Source of the DNA: a virus
Taxonomy: Duplodnaviria; Heunggongvirae; Uroviricota; Caudoviricetes
Virus record (IMG/VR): IMGVR_UViG_3300029102_000023
Length of the DNA stretch: 21,745 nt
Reading direction: 5' to 3' (one strand)
The notes beneath the pieces are model-generated. The model saw only the letters and a program-made list of their open reading frames with translations. It was not told the origin of the DNA and made no database searches. The translations under genes and the position numbers were made by a program. Positions 7,737 to 15,383 of the stretch are shown piece by piece (within the stretch, counting starts at the first letter, position 1; each line of letters opens with the position of its first letter).

Positions 7737-7782
7737 CGCTCTTTGTAACAACGGACATTCGTCCTACGTCGCTGAAAAGCGA
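7737..7782 (+). promoter_or_regulatory. nutR candidate (boxA CGCTCTTTG, boxB hairpin TCGCTGAAAAGCGA)
   Basis: Immediately after the cro stop; boxA-like CGCTCTTTG at 7737-7745 and stem-loop at 7769-7782; mirrors the nutL candidate. Confidence 0.55.
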
Positions 7783-7867
7783 GTTCCAAGATATCTGACC
7801 AACTAAGGCCATATGCGTTTCCACGCATACCTTTCAACTAACTATTCACTATTGGAAATCTTAAGAA

Positions 7868-8164
7868 ATGGAAAGAACAAGTTACAGCAAACTATCACAG
7901 CGTGACGTTGATCGCGCAGAAACAGATTTACTTATCAATCTGTCAGCTATTACCCAGCGCGGTCTGGCAAAGATGATTGGCTGTCATGAATCGAAGATAA
8001 GCAGAACGGACTGGAGATTTATTGCTTCGGTCTTGTGTGCTTTCGGAATGGCATCAGACATCAGTCCGATTAGCAGGGCTTTTAAGTATGCGCTTGATGG
8101 ACTCACCAATAAAAAACGCCCGGCGGCAACCGAGCGTTCTGAACAAATCCAGATGGAATTCTGA
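7868..8164 (+). CDS. cII: CII-type transcriptional activator, 98 aa (mosaic: divergent N-terminus, lambda-identical C-terminus)
   Basis: C-terminal 19 residues TNKKRPAATERSEQIQMEF equal the lambda CII C-terminus as I recall it; N-terminal HTH portion differs from lambda. Confidence 0.85.
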   Translation: MERTSYSKLSQRDVDRAETDLLINLSAITQRGLAKMIGCHESKISRTDWRFIASVLCAFGMASDISPISRAFKYALDGLTNKKRPAATERSEQIQMEF

Positions 8165-8196
8165 GGTCATTACTGGATCAATCCACAGGAGTCATT

Positions 8197-9096
8197 ATGA
8201 CAAATACAGCAAAAATACTCAACTTCTGCAGAGGTAACTTTGCCAAACAGGAGCGTAATGTGGCAGATCTCGATGATGGTTACGCCAGACTATCAAATAT
8301 GCTGCTTGAGGCTTATTCAGGCGCAGATCTGACCAAGCGACAGTTTAAAGTGCTGCTTGCCATTCTGCGTAAAACCTATGGATGGAATAAACCAATGGAC
8401 AGAATCACCGATTCTCAACTTAGCGAGATTACAAAGTTACCCGTCAAACGGTGCAATGAAGCCAAGTTAGAACTCGTCAGAATGAATATTATCAAGCAGC
8501 AAGGCGGCATGTTTGGACCAAATAAAAACATCTCAGAATGGTGTATCCCTCAAAACGAGGGAAAATCCCCTAAAACGAGGGATAAAACATCCCTCAAATT
8601 GGGGGATTGCTATCCCTCAAAACAGGGGGACACAAAAGACACTATTACAAAAGAAAAAAGAAAAGATTATTCGTCAGAGAATTCTGGCGAATCCTCTGAC
8701 CAGCCAGAAAACGACCTTTCTGTGGTGAAACCGGATGCTGCAATTCAGAGCGGCAGCAAGTGGGGGACAGCAGAAGACCTGACCGCCGCAGAATGGATGT
8801 TTGACATGGTGAAGACCATCGCGCCATCAGCCAGAAAACCGAATTTTGCAGGGTGGGCTAACGATATCCGCCTGATGCGTGAACGTGACGGACGTAACCA
8901 TCGCGACATGTGTGTACTGTTCCGCTGGGCATGCCAGGACAACTTCTGGTCCGGTAACGTGCTGAGCCCGGCCAAACTCCGCGACAAGTGGACCCAGCTC
9001 GAAATCAACCGTAACAAGCAACAGGCAGGTGTGACAGCCTGCAAACCAAAACTCGACCTGACAAACACTGACTGGATTTACGGGGTGGATTTATGA
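8197..9096 (+). CDS. O: Replication initiator protein O
   Basis: 299 aa MTNTAKILNFCRGNFAKQERNVADLDDGYARLSNMLLEAYSGADLTKRQFKVLLAILRK... matches lambda O; contains the origin iterons. Confidence 0.97.
   Translation: MTNTAKILNFCRGNFAKQERNVADLDDGYARLSNMLLEAYSGADLTKRQFKVLLAILRKTYGWNKPMDRITDSQLSEITKLPVKRCNEAKLELVRMNIIKQQGGMFGPNKNISEWCIPQNEGKSPKTRDKTSLKLGDCYPSKQGDTKDTITKEKRKDYSSENSGESSDQPENDLSVVKPDAAIQSGSKWGTAEDLTAAEWMFDMVKTIAPSARKPNFAGWANDIRLMRERDGRNHRDMCVLFRWACQDNFWSGNVLSPAKLRDKWTQLEINRNKQQAGVTACKPKLDLTNTDWIYGVDL
8545..8680 (+). repeat. ori-lambda-type replication origin: four ~18-bp iterons plus AT-rich segment inside O
   Basis: Direct repeats ATCCCTCAAAACGAGGGA (8545-8562), ATCCCCTAAAACGAGGGAT (8564-8583), ATCCCTCAAATTGGGGGATT (8589-8608), ATCCCTCAAAACAGGGGGAC (8612-8630), then A-rich stretch 8640-8680. 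Confidence 0.85.
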
Positions 9097-9794
9097 AAAA
9101 CATCGCCGCACAGATGGTTAATTTTGACCGTGAGCAGATGCGTCGGATCGCCAACAACATGCCGGAACAGTACGACGAAAAGCCGCAGGTACAGCAGGTA
9201 GCGCAGATCATCAACGGTGTGTTCAGCCAGTTACTGGCAACTTTCCCGGCGAGTCTGGCTAACCGTGACCAGAACGAACTGAACGAAATCCGCCGCCAGT
9301 GGGTTCTGGCTTTCCGGGAAAACGGGATCACCACAATGGAACAGGTTAACGCAGGAATGCGCGTAGCCCGTCGGCAGAATCGACCATTTCTGCCATCACC
9401 CGGGCAGTTTGTTGCATGGTGCCGGGAAGAAGCATCCGTTATCGCCGGACTGCCAAACGTCAGCGAGCTGGTTGATATGGTTTACGAGTATTGCCGGAAG
9501 CGAGGCCTGTATCCGGATGCAGAGTCTTATCCGTGGAAATCGAACGCGCACTACTGGCTGGTTACCAACCTGTACCAGAACATGCGGGCCAATGCGCTGA
9601 CTGACGCGGAATTACGACGCAAGGCTGCCGATGAACTGACCTGTATGACAGCGCGAATTAACCGTGGTGAGACGATACCTGAACCAGTAAAACAACTTCC
9701 TGTCATGGGCGGCAGACCTCTAAATCGTGTTCAGGCGCTGGCGAAGATCGCAGAAATTAAAGCTAAGTTAGGACTGAAAGGAGCAAGTGTATGA
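9093..9794 (+). CDS. P: Replication protein P (DnaB helicase loader)
   Basis: 233 aa MKNIAAQMVNFDREQMRRIANNMPEQYDEKPQVQQVAQIINGVF... matches lambda P; 4-nt overlap with O. Confidence 0.97.
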   Translation: MKNIAAQMVNFDREQMRRIANNMPEQYDEKPQVQQVAQIINGVFSQLLATFPASLANRDQNELNEIRRQWVLAFRENGITTMEQVNAGMRVARRQNRPFLPSPGQFVAWCREEASVIAGLPNVSELVDMVYEYCRKRGLYPDAESYPWKSNAHYWLVTNLYQNMRANALTDAELRRKAADELTCMTARINRGETIPEPVKQLPVMGGRPLNRVQALAKIAEIKAKLGLKGASV

Positions 9795-10081
9795 CGGGCA
9801 AAGAGGCAATTATTCATTACCTGGGGACGCATAATAGCTTCTGTGCGCCGGACGTTGCCGCGCTAACAGGCGCAACAGTAACCAGCATAAATCAGGCCGC
9901 GGCTAAAATGGCACGGGCAGGTCTTCTGGTTATCGAAGGTAAGGTCTGGCGAACGGTGTATTACCGGTTTGCTACCAAGGAAGAACGGGAAGGAAAGATG
10001 AGCACGAACCTGATTTTTAAGGAGTGTCGCCAGAGTGCCACGATGAAACGGATATTGGCGGTATATGGAGTTAAAAGATGA
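9791..10081 (+). CDS. ren: Ren protein (Rex exclusion resistance), 96 aa
   Basis: MTGKEAIIHYLGTHNSFCAPDVAALTGATVTSINQAAAKMARAGLLVIEGKVWRTVYYRF... matches lambda Ren; overlaps the P stop. Confidence 0.9.
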   Translation: MTGKEAIIHYLGTHNSFCAPDVAALTGATVTSINQAAAKMARAGLLVIEGKVWRTVYYRFATKEEREGKMSTNLIFKECRQSATMKRILAVYGVKR

Positions 10082-10106
10082 CCATCTACATCACTGAGCT
10101 AATAAC

Positions 10107-10138
10107 AGGCCTGCAGGTAATCGCAGGCCTTTTTATTT
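10107..10138 (+). terminator. Rho-independent terminator (tR2-like) between ren and ninB
   Basis: Perfect 8-bp stem AGGCCTGC(10107-10114)/GCAGGCCT(10123-10130), 8-nt loop, followed by TTTTATTT (10131-10138). Confidence 0.7.
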
Positions 10139-10154
10139 GGGGGAGAGGGAAGTC

Positions 10155-10595
10155 ATGAAAAAACTAACCTTTGAAATTCGATCTCCGGCACATCAGCAAA
10201 ACGCTATTCACGCAGTACAGCAAATCCTTCCAGACCCAACCAAACCAATCGTAGTAACCATTCAGGAACGCAACCGCAGCTTAGACCAAAACAGGAAGCT
10301 ATGGGCCTGCTTAGGTGACGTCTCTCGTCAGGTTGAATGGCATGGTCGCTGGCTGGATGCAGAAAGCTGGAAGTGTGTGTTTACCGCAGCATTAAAGCAG
10401 CAGGATGTTGTTCCTAACCTTGCCGGGAATGGCTTTGTGGTAATAGGCCAGTCAACCAGCAGGATGCGTGTAAGCGAATTTGCGGAGCTATTAGAGCTTA
10501 TACAGGCATTCGGTACAGAGCGTGGCGTTAAGTGGTCAGACGAAGCGCGACTGGCTCTCGAATGGAAAGCGCGATGGGGAGATCGGGCTGCATGA
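10155..10595 (+). CDS. ninB: NinB (Orf recombination mediator), 146 aa
   Basis: MKKLTFEIRSPAHQQNAIHAVQQILPDPTKPIVVTIQERNRSLDQNRKLWACLGDVSRQVEWHGRWLDAESWK... matches lambda NinB; GGGAGAGGG Shine-Dalgarno before ATG at 10155. Confidence 0.9.
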   Translation: MKKLTFEIRSPAHQQNAIHAVQQILPDPTKPIVVTIQERNRSLDQNRKLWACLGDVSRQVEWHGRWLDAESWKCVFTAALKQQDVVPNLAGNGFVVIGQSTSRMRVSEFAELLELIQAFGTERGVKWSDEARLALEWKARWGDRAA

Positions 10596-11119
10596 CTATC
10601 AAATCAAATACGCCAGCACACGACAAGGACTGCTGGCAAACGCCGCTTTGGCTTTTTGATGCACTGGATATTGAGTTTGGATTCTGGCTGGATTCGGCAG
10701 CGAGCGACAAAAATGCTCTGTGCGCTCACTGGCTAACTGAGGACGACGACGCGCTCAATTCTGAGTGGGTAAGCCACGGTGCAATCTGGAATAACCCACC
10801 GTACAGCAATATCAGGCCGTGGGTGGAAAAAGCCGCTGAGCAGTGTATACAACAGCGACAGACGGTAGTGATGCTTGTGCCAGAGGATATGTCTGTCGGA
10901 TGGTTCAGCAAGGCTCTGGAGAGTGTTGACGAAGTTCGTATTATCACTGATGGACGGATTAATTTTATCGAACCATCGACAGGGCTGGAGAAGAAGGGAA
11001 ACAGCAAAGGCTCCATGCTGCTGATTTGGCGACCGTTCATCAGTCCTCGACGGATGTTTACTACCGTATCCAAAGCGGCATTGATGGCGATCGGGCAGGG
11101 CGTCAGGAGGGCTGCATGA
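10592..11119 (+). CDS. Phage DNA N6-adenine methyltransferase (orphan, Dam-like family), ~175 aa
   Basis: Contains the N6-adenine MTase catalytic motif NPPY (IWNNPPYSN); ATG at 10592 overlaps the ninB stop (ATGA); occupies the ninC/ninD position; no adjacent restriction endonuclease gene. Confidence 0.8.
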   Translation: MTIKSNTPAHDKDCWQTPLWLFDALDIEFGFWLDSAASDKNALCAHWLTEDDDALNSEWVSHGAIWNNPPYSNIRPWVEKAAEQCIQQRQTVVMLVPEDMSVGWFSKALESVDEVRIITDGRINFIEPSTGLEKKGNSKGSMLLIWRPFISPRRMFTTVSKAALMAIGQGVRRAA

Positions 11120-11292
11120 GACGACAGCGACGAAGCATCACCGACATAATCTGCGAAAACTGCAAATACCTTCCAACGAAACGCTCCAGAAATAAACGCA
11201 AGCTAATCCCAAAAGAATCTGACGTAAAAACCTTCAATTACACAGCCCACCTGTGGGATATCCGGTGGCTAAGATATCGTGCGAGGAAATGA
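11116..11292 (+). CDS. ninE: NinE, 58 aa
   Basis: [58 protein letters not shown] resembles lambda NinE; ATG overlaps the methyltransferase stop (ATGA). Confidence 0.85.
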   Translation: MRRQRRSITDIICENCKYLPTKRSRNKRKLIPKESDVKTFNYTAHLWDIRWLRYRARK

Positions 11293-11636
11293 CAATGGAT
11301 TATTCACAGTTAAGTGATTTTGAAATTAACAGAATGGTAGGAGACATAATTTTTAAAGGCCTTTGGGCAAGTAAACCGGAAACATCAGGGAATAACACCA
11401 ACAAATGGTATTACGGAAATGCTGATACAACTTTTGAGCCATTAAATCATTTGCCTGACTACTGCAATGATCCGAGCGCTTCATGGCCGATTATTGAGAA
11501 ATACAGGATTTCTATCTTAGACCAGTTAACTGAATGGTGTGTGGATGCAAAAGGCGTAAGCCCAATATTTGATACCAGACCTCTCCGCGCCGCCATGATT
11601 GTCTTTCTCCTGATGCAGGAGGCCAATAATGCTTAG
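11289..11636 (+). CDS. Hypothetical nin-region protein, ~115 aa
   Basis: ORF (M)[71 protein letters not shown]...; ATG at 11289 overlaps the ninE stop (ATGA), alternative ATG at 11295; family not recognised. Confidence 0.55.
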   Translation: MTMDYSQLSDFEINRMVGDIIFKGLWASKPETSGNNTNKWYYGNADTTFEPLNHLPDYCNDPSASWPIIEKYRISILDQLTEWCVDAKGVSPIFDTRPLRAAMIVFLLMQEANNA

Positions 11637-11823
11637 CCCATCTCAATCCCTTCAATACCTGAAAGAAAGCATAGAGCGGGCTTCAATGTGCACAGAGTGG
11701 ATTCTATCTAGGTTTAGCGCATACAGAAGATTGCCGGTAAAGGGCATGCCAAGCAAGTCGATGCTGCATATGCAAAAGAATGCGCGCTGGAAGGTATGGC
11801 GAGAACACAGGTTATGTGGCTGA
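11629..11823 (+). CDS. Hypothetical small ORF, 64 aa (possibly part of a frameshifted ybcO-like gene)
   Basis: ATG at 11629 overlaps the end of the preceding ORF; a different frame (11718-11846) encodes ...[25 protein letters not shown] and ends in TGA overlapping the rusA GTG start, suggesting coding potential split across two frames. Confidence 0.3.
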   Translation: MLSPSQSLQYLKESIERASMCTEWILSRFSAYRRLPVKGMPSKSMLHMQKNARWKVWREHRLCG

Positions 11824-11842
11824 AAGAGGGGGTTATTAAGGC

Positions 11843-12205
11843 GTGAATACCTACAGCATCACATTACCCTGGCCTCCGAGCAATAATCGCTATTACCGCC
11901 ATAATCGCGGGCGCACGCACGTCAGCGCAGAGGGGCAGGCATACCGCGATAACGTCGCCCGAATCATTAAAAACGCAATGCTGGATATCGGCCTGGCTAT
12001 GCCTGTGAAAATCCGCATTGAGTGCCACATGCCGGATCGCCGTCGCCGTGACCTGGATAATCTGCAAAAAGCCGCTTTTGACGCACTCACTAAAGCAGGT
12101 TTCTGGCTGGATGATGCTCAGGTCGTTGATTACCGCGTTGTGAAGATGCCTGTTACCAAAGGTGGGAGGCTGGAACTGACCATCACCGAAATGGGGAATG
12201 AATGA
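11843..12205 (+). CDS. rusA: Holliday junction resolvase RusA, 120 aa
   Basis: [100 protein letters not shown]... matches E. coli prophage RusA; start codon is GTG. Confidence 0.95.
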   Translation: MNTYSITLPWPPSNNRYYRHNRGRTHVSAEGQAYRDNVARIIKNAMLDIGLAMPVKIRIECHMPDRRRRDLDNLQKAAFDALTKAGFWLDDAQVVDYRVVKMPVTKGGRLELTITEMGNE

Positions 12206-12342
12206 TGTTTGAGTTTAATATGGCAGAACTTCTTCGCCACCGCTGGGGGCGTCTGCGCTTATATCGTTTCCTCGGTTCTGTTTTGACCGATTACCGAATA
12301 CTGAAGAATTACGCCAAAACCCTGACAGGAACAGGAGTATGA
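12202..12342 (+). CDS. ylcG: YlcG-like small protein, 46 aa
   Basis: Hand translation: [46 protein letters not shown]; ATG overlaps the rusA stop (ATGA); matches the DLP12 rusA-ylcG-Q order; below ORF-track threshold. Confidence 0.75.
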   Translation: MMFEFNMAELLRHRWGRLRLYRFLGSVLTDYRILKNYAKTLTGTGV

Positions 12343-12427
12343 AGTCAGAGATAACAATCAACTAATACTGTTTTGTTGATTTTTGCTTGTAATTGGCGTT
12401 CTGGTCTGATTTTTGTGGAGTAAGTTG

Positions 12428-12811
12428 ATGCGTGATATTCAGATGGTTCTTGAGCGTTGGGGTGCGTGGGCGGCTAATAATCATGAAGATGTGACCTGGT
12501 CGTCCATTGCCGCCGGTTTTAAGGGATTAATTCCTTCAAAAGTAAAATCTCGCCCGCAATGTTGTGACGATGACGCGATGATCATTTGCGGGTGCATGGC
12601 CCGTCTGAAAAAGAACAACAGCGATTTACACGATTTATTAGTAGATTATTATGTATGTGGTATGACATTCATGTCACTGGCAAGTAAGCATTGCTGCTCG
12701 GATGGTTATATCGGGAAAAGGTTACAGAAGGCTGAGGGCATAATTGAAGGGATGTTAATGGCATTAGATATCCGGTTAGATATGGATATCGTTGCTAATA
12801 ATTCTAATTGA
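12428..12811 (+). CDS. quuD: Late-gene antiterminator Q (DLP12 QuuD / phage 82-21 type), 127 aa
   Basis: [62 protein letters not shown]... with Cys-rich zinc-binding region; GGAG Shine-Dalgarno before ATG at 12428; the track start at 12413 is a TTG extension. Confidence 0.85.
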   Translation: MRDIQMVLERWGAWAANNHEDVTWSSIAAGFKGLIPSKVKSRPQCCDDDAMIICGCMARLKKNNSDLHDLLVDYYVCGMTFMSLASKHCCSDGYIGKRLQKAEGIIEGMLMALDIRLDMDIVANNSN

Positions 12812-12834
12812 TATGCAATTGTTTACTAAAAGTT

Positions 12835-12861
12835 ATTAAAAATGGGGCGTGGAAACGCCCC
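12835..12861 (-). terminator. Rho-independent terminator candidate downstream of the porin gene
   Basis: Stem GGGGCG(12844-12849)/CGCCCC(12856-12861), 6-nt loop; on the minus strand the hairpin is followed by ATTTTTAAT. Confidence 0.5.
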
Positions 12862-12950
12862 CAAAATAAAGGGTAATATATAACAGAAGGTTTATATAGT
12901 AAGAAGCAAGGTAGTGCTTCTAAAGGAAGTGGCTTGAGGGCTCCACTTAT

Positions 12951-12988
12951 ATGTTGCGGAGGCAAAGCCTCCCGCAACATATCTTTTT
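12951..12988 (+). terminator. Plus-strand hairpin with T-run (tR'-like candidate) shortly downstream of Q
   Basis: Imperfect 13-bp stem ATGTTGCGGAGGC/GCCTCCCGCAACAT (12951-12980) followed by ATCTTTTTCG. Confidence 0.45.
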
Positions 12989-12999
12989 CGTAAGTCAGA

Positions 13000-14082
13000 T
13001 TAGAACTGATAAACCAGACCTACAGCGACGATGTCGTCGGTATCAATACCAGCTGTTTTGGTAAACTTACTATCGTCAATTAAGTTGATTTTGTAATCAA
13101 CAAAAGTGGACATGTTTTTATTAAAGTAGTAAGTAGCACCGACATCGACATACTTGACTAAGTCTCGGTCACCATGAACACCAAGGTCTTTACCTTTTGA
13201 CTGAAGGTAAGCAACAGATGGACGCAGACCGAAGTCAAACTGATATTGTGCTACTGCTTCAAAGTTTTGTGCTTTGTTTGCAATATGGTTATTACCAAAA
13301 ACGGTCATATTCTGAGTTTCAGAATATGTGGTAGCCAGATAGATATTGTTCGCATCATATTTCAGGCCTGCAGCCCATACTTCCGCATTTTTGCCGGAGG
13401 CATTGAATTTGCTCTTACCATAGGCGACCTGACCGTCAGTGCGATCTGATTTAGCATAGGTTGCACCCACGCCGAATCCTTCATACTCATAAGTAGTGGA
13501 GAAACCGAAACCATCACCATTGGCTTCAGTTACGTCAGTGCGGTCATTTTTACCCTGATACTGAGCAGCAAAGTTCAGGCCATCGACCAGACCAAAGAAG
13601 TCGTTGTTACGATAAGTTGCAACACCAGTAGTGCGACCAGTCATGAACACATCTGTTTGGGTCCAGGTATCACCACCGAATTCTGGCAGAACGTCAGTCC
13701 ACGCACCGATGTCGTATGCTACACCGTAGTTACGGCCGTAATCGATTGAGCCGTAATCACCAAATTTCAGGCCTGCAAATGCAAGACGGGTTTTGTCTTT
13801 GGAAGAACCTTGAGATTCAGCACGGTTGCCTTTGAATTCATATTCCCACTGACCGAAACCAGTCAGTTGATCGTTGATTTGGGTTTCACCTTTGAAGCCA
13901 AGACGGGCATAAGTAGTATCACCATCATCTGCATCATTAGAGGAGAAGTAGTGCTTGGCATTAACTTTCCCGTATAGATCCAGCTTGTTACTGTCTTTAT
14001 TATAAATTTCAGCTGCCTGAGCAGACATCGCCATCAGTACTGATGCAGCTACAGCAGAAATTGCCACTGTTAATTTTTTCAT
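13000..14082 (-). CDS. nmpC: Outer-membrane general porin (OmpC/OmpF/NmpC family), prophage-encoded, 360 aa precursor
   Basis: Signal peptide [23 protein letters not shown] then [23 protein letters not shown]... and C-terminal ...VAVGLVYQF (terminal Phe, beta-barrel signature); antisense between Q and the lysis genes as in DLP12. Track ORF start at 14142 is an upstream in-frame extension. Confidence 0.93.
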   Translation of the reverse strand: MKKLTVAISAVAASVLMAMSAQAAEIYNKDSNKLDLYGKVNAKHYFSSNDADDGDTTYARLGFKGETQINDQLTGFGQWEYEFKGNRAESQGSSKDKTRLAFAGLKFGDYGSIDYGRNYGVAYDIGAWTDVLPEFGGDTWTQTDVFMTGRTTGVATYRNNDFFGLVDGLNFAAQYQGKNDRTDVTEANGDGFGFSTTYEYEGFGVGATYAKSDRTDGQVAYGKSKFNASGKNAEVWAAGLKYDANNIYLATTYSETQNMTVFGNNHIANKAQNFEAVAQYQFDFGLRPSVAYLQSKGKDLGVHGDRDLVKYVDVGATYYFNKNMSTFVDYKINLIDDSKFTKTAGIDTDDIVAVGLVYQF

Positions 14083-14450
14083 TGTACGCCCTTTTTTTGA
14101 ACTTTTATTAAAAAATGATGTCACTGCGCGATAAATATTCATCTAATCAATGTGATTATTTCAAGATGTAAGTTTTAGTTTCTCATTTAATTTGTGAAGT
14201 AGATCTCTATTTTTATCTGAACCTTTTCTATCTAATCCTATTCATGGCTCTTGTCTGAACAAAAATAAATCTATTAGCTAATTTATATTAATGGCACTTA
14301 TTTATAAGTGCTCTATAATTCTTTAGCTTAATTTAAACAAACTAAAAATAACATCGGAAATTATTAACTGGTTATTTGTTGAAGTTTTCTTATGCATTTG
14401 TGGTGGTGTTTTGAACACTCGGTGGCATTCTCACAAATATCATTTAGTAG

Positions 14451-14478
14451 TTTACGTACGTAAAAAATTGGTTATGCT
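14451..14478 (+). promoter_or_regulatory. Candidate promoter with perfect 14-bp palindrome TTTACGTACGTAAA (possible late promoter pR' or qut-associated site)
   Basis: TTTACG (14451-14456), 16-bp spacer, TATGCT (14473-14478); the palindrome at 14451-14464 overlaps the -35 hexamer; lies ~30 bp upstream of a strong plus-strand terminator and ~190 bp upstream of the holin gene. Confidence 0.3.
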
Positions 14479-14508
14479 GTTAAGAGTGGTTACTTCGTCA
14501 CACAGCTT

Positions 14509-14541
14509 AAACCCGCCGTCGAGCGGGTTTTTCCATTTTTT
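14509..14541 (+). terminator. Rho-independent terminator upstream of the lysis cassette (tR'-like candidate)
   Basis: Stem AAACCCGC(14509-14516)/GCGGGTTT(14523-14530), loop CGTCGA, followed by TTCCATTTTTT. Confidence 0.65.
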
Positions 14542-14670
14542 GAGTCTCGATATTAGCTGATAACCCAATACCTGAGTTATTCACTGACTCCGAATCTGTT
14601 ACGTTTCTGCCTTTATTGCGATACGTAGTATCCCCTTAATTTACACCCGCTTTGTCTGCGAGGTGGGGTT

Positions 14671-14886
14671 ATGAAATCCATGGATAAGTTAACAACGGGT
14701 GTCGCCTATGGTACCTCAGCAGGTAGTGCCGGGTACTGGTTTTTACAGTTGCTCGATAAAGTCACGCCCTCACAGTGGGCGGCAATAGGTGTGCTGGGTA
14801 GCCTGGTATTTGGCCTGCTGACGTACCTGACAAACCTTTATTTCAAGATTAAAGAAGATAAGCGCAAGGCTGCGAGAGGTGAATAA
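14671..14886 (+). CDS. essD: Class II holin (phage 21 S-type pinholin), 71 aa with dual start
   Basis: [71 protein letters not shown]; two TM segments; M1-K-S-M4 dual-start motif typical of holin/antiholin pairs. Confidence 0.9.
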
Positions 14887-15383
14887 TGCCTCCATCATTA
14901 CGAAAAGCCGTTGCTGCTGCTATTGGTGGCGGAGCAATTGCTATAGCATCAGTGTTAATCACTGGCCCAAGTGGTAACGATGGTCTGGAAGGTGTCAGCT
15001 ACATACCATACAAAGATATTGTTGGTGTATGGACTGTATGTCACGGGCATACAGGAAAAGACATCATGCTCGGTAAAACGTATACCAAAGCAGAATGCAA
15101 AGCCCTCCTGAATAAAGACCTTGCCACGGTCGCCAGACAAATTAACCCGTACATCAAAGTCGATATACCGGAAACAATGCGCGGCGCTCTTTACTCATTC
15201 GTTTACAACGTGGGTGCTGGCAATTTCAGAACATCGACGCTTCTTCGCAAAATAAACCAGGGCGATATCAAAGGCGCATGTGATCAGCTACGTCGCTGGA
15301 CATATGCTGGCGGTAAGCAATGGAAAGGTCTCATGACTCGTCGTGAGATTGAGCGTGAAATCTGTTTGTGGGGTCAGCAATGA
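14886..15383 (+). CDS. rrrD: SAR endolysin (lysozyme, phage 21 R-type)
   Basis: 165 aa with N-terminal Gly/Ala-rich signal-anchor-release segment ([20 protein letters not shown]) followed by a lysozyme-like domain; start overlaps the holin stop. Confidence 0.92.
   Translation: MPPSLRKAVAAAIGGGAIAIASVLITGPSGNDGLEGVSYIPYKDIVGVWTVCHGHTGKDIMLGKTYTKAECKALLNKDLATVARQINPYIKVDIPETMRGALYSFVYNVGAGNFRTSTLLRKINQGDIKGACDQLRRWTYAGGKQWKGLMTRREIEREICLWGQQ

Larger units (their letters stand above)
12835..13000 (-). ncRNA. Candidate IpeX-like sRNA derived from the porin 3' region
   Basis: About 165 nt between the porin stop and the minus-strand terminator, containing a long hairpin (12951-12980). In DLP12 an sRNA (IpeX) is reported at the nmpC 3' end; my recollection of its exact location and size is approximate. 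Confidence 0.3.

Noticed and set aside
7727-7760. Perfect 12-bp palindrome AGCGGATCCGCT after cro as an operator or terminator
   Set aside because: Overlaps the boxA candidate and has no T-run; more likely coincidental (contains a GGATCC site) or part of the nutR context than a separate element.
8536-8640. Direct repeats inside O considered as a possible CRISPR array or mobile repeat
   Set aside because: They are four ~18-bp iterons without intervening unique spacers, embedded in the O coding frame; this is the replication origin, not a CRISPR array.
8513-9600. ORFs 8513-8728, 8645-8827, 8745-9068, 8827-9021, 9005-9334, 9409-9600 within O and P
   Set aside because: Alternative-frame or antisense shadows of strongly supported O and P genes.
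10528-11073. Antisense ORFs 10528-10710 and 10726-11073 within the methyltransferase gene
   Set aside because: Antisense to a gene with a clear catalytic motif and translational coupling to neighbours.
13246-13449. Plus-strand ORF inside the porin gene
   Set aside because: Antisense shadow of a well-supported porin gene.
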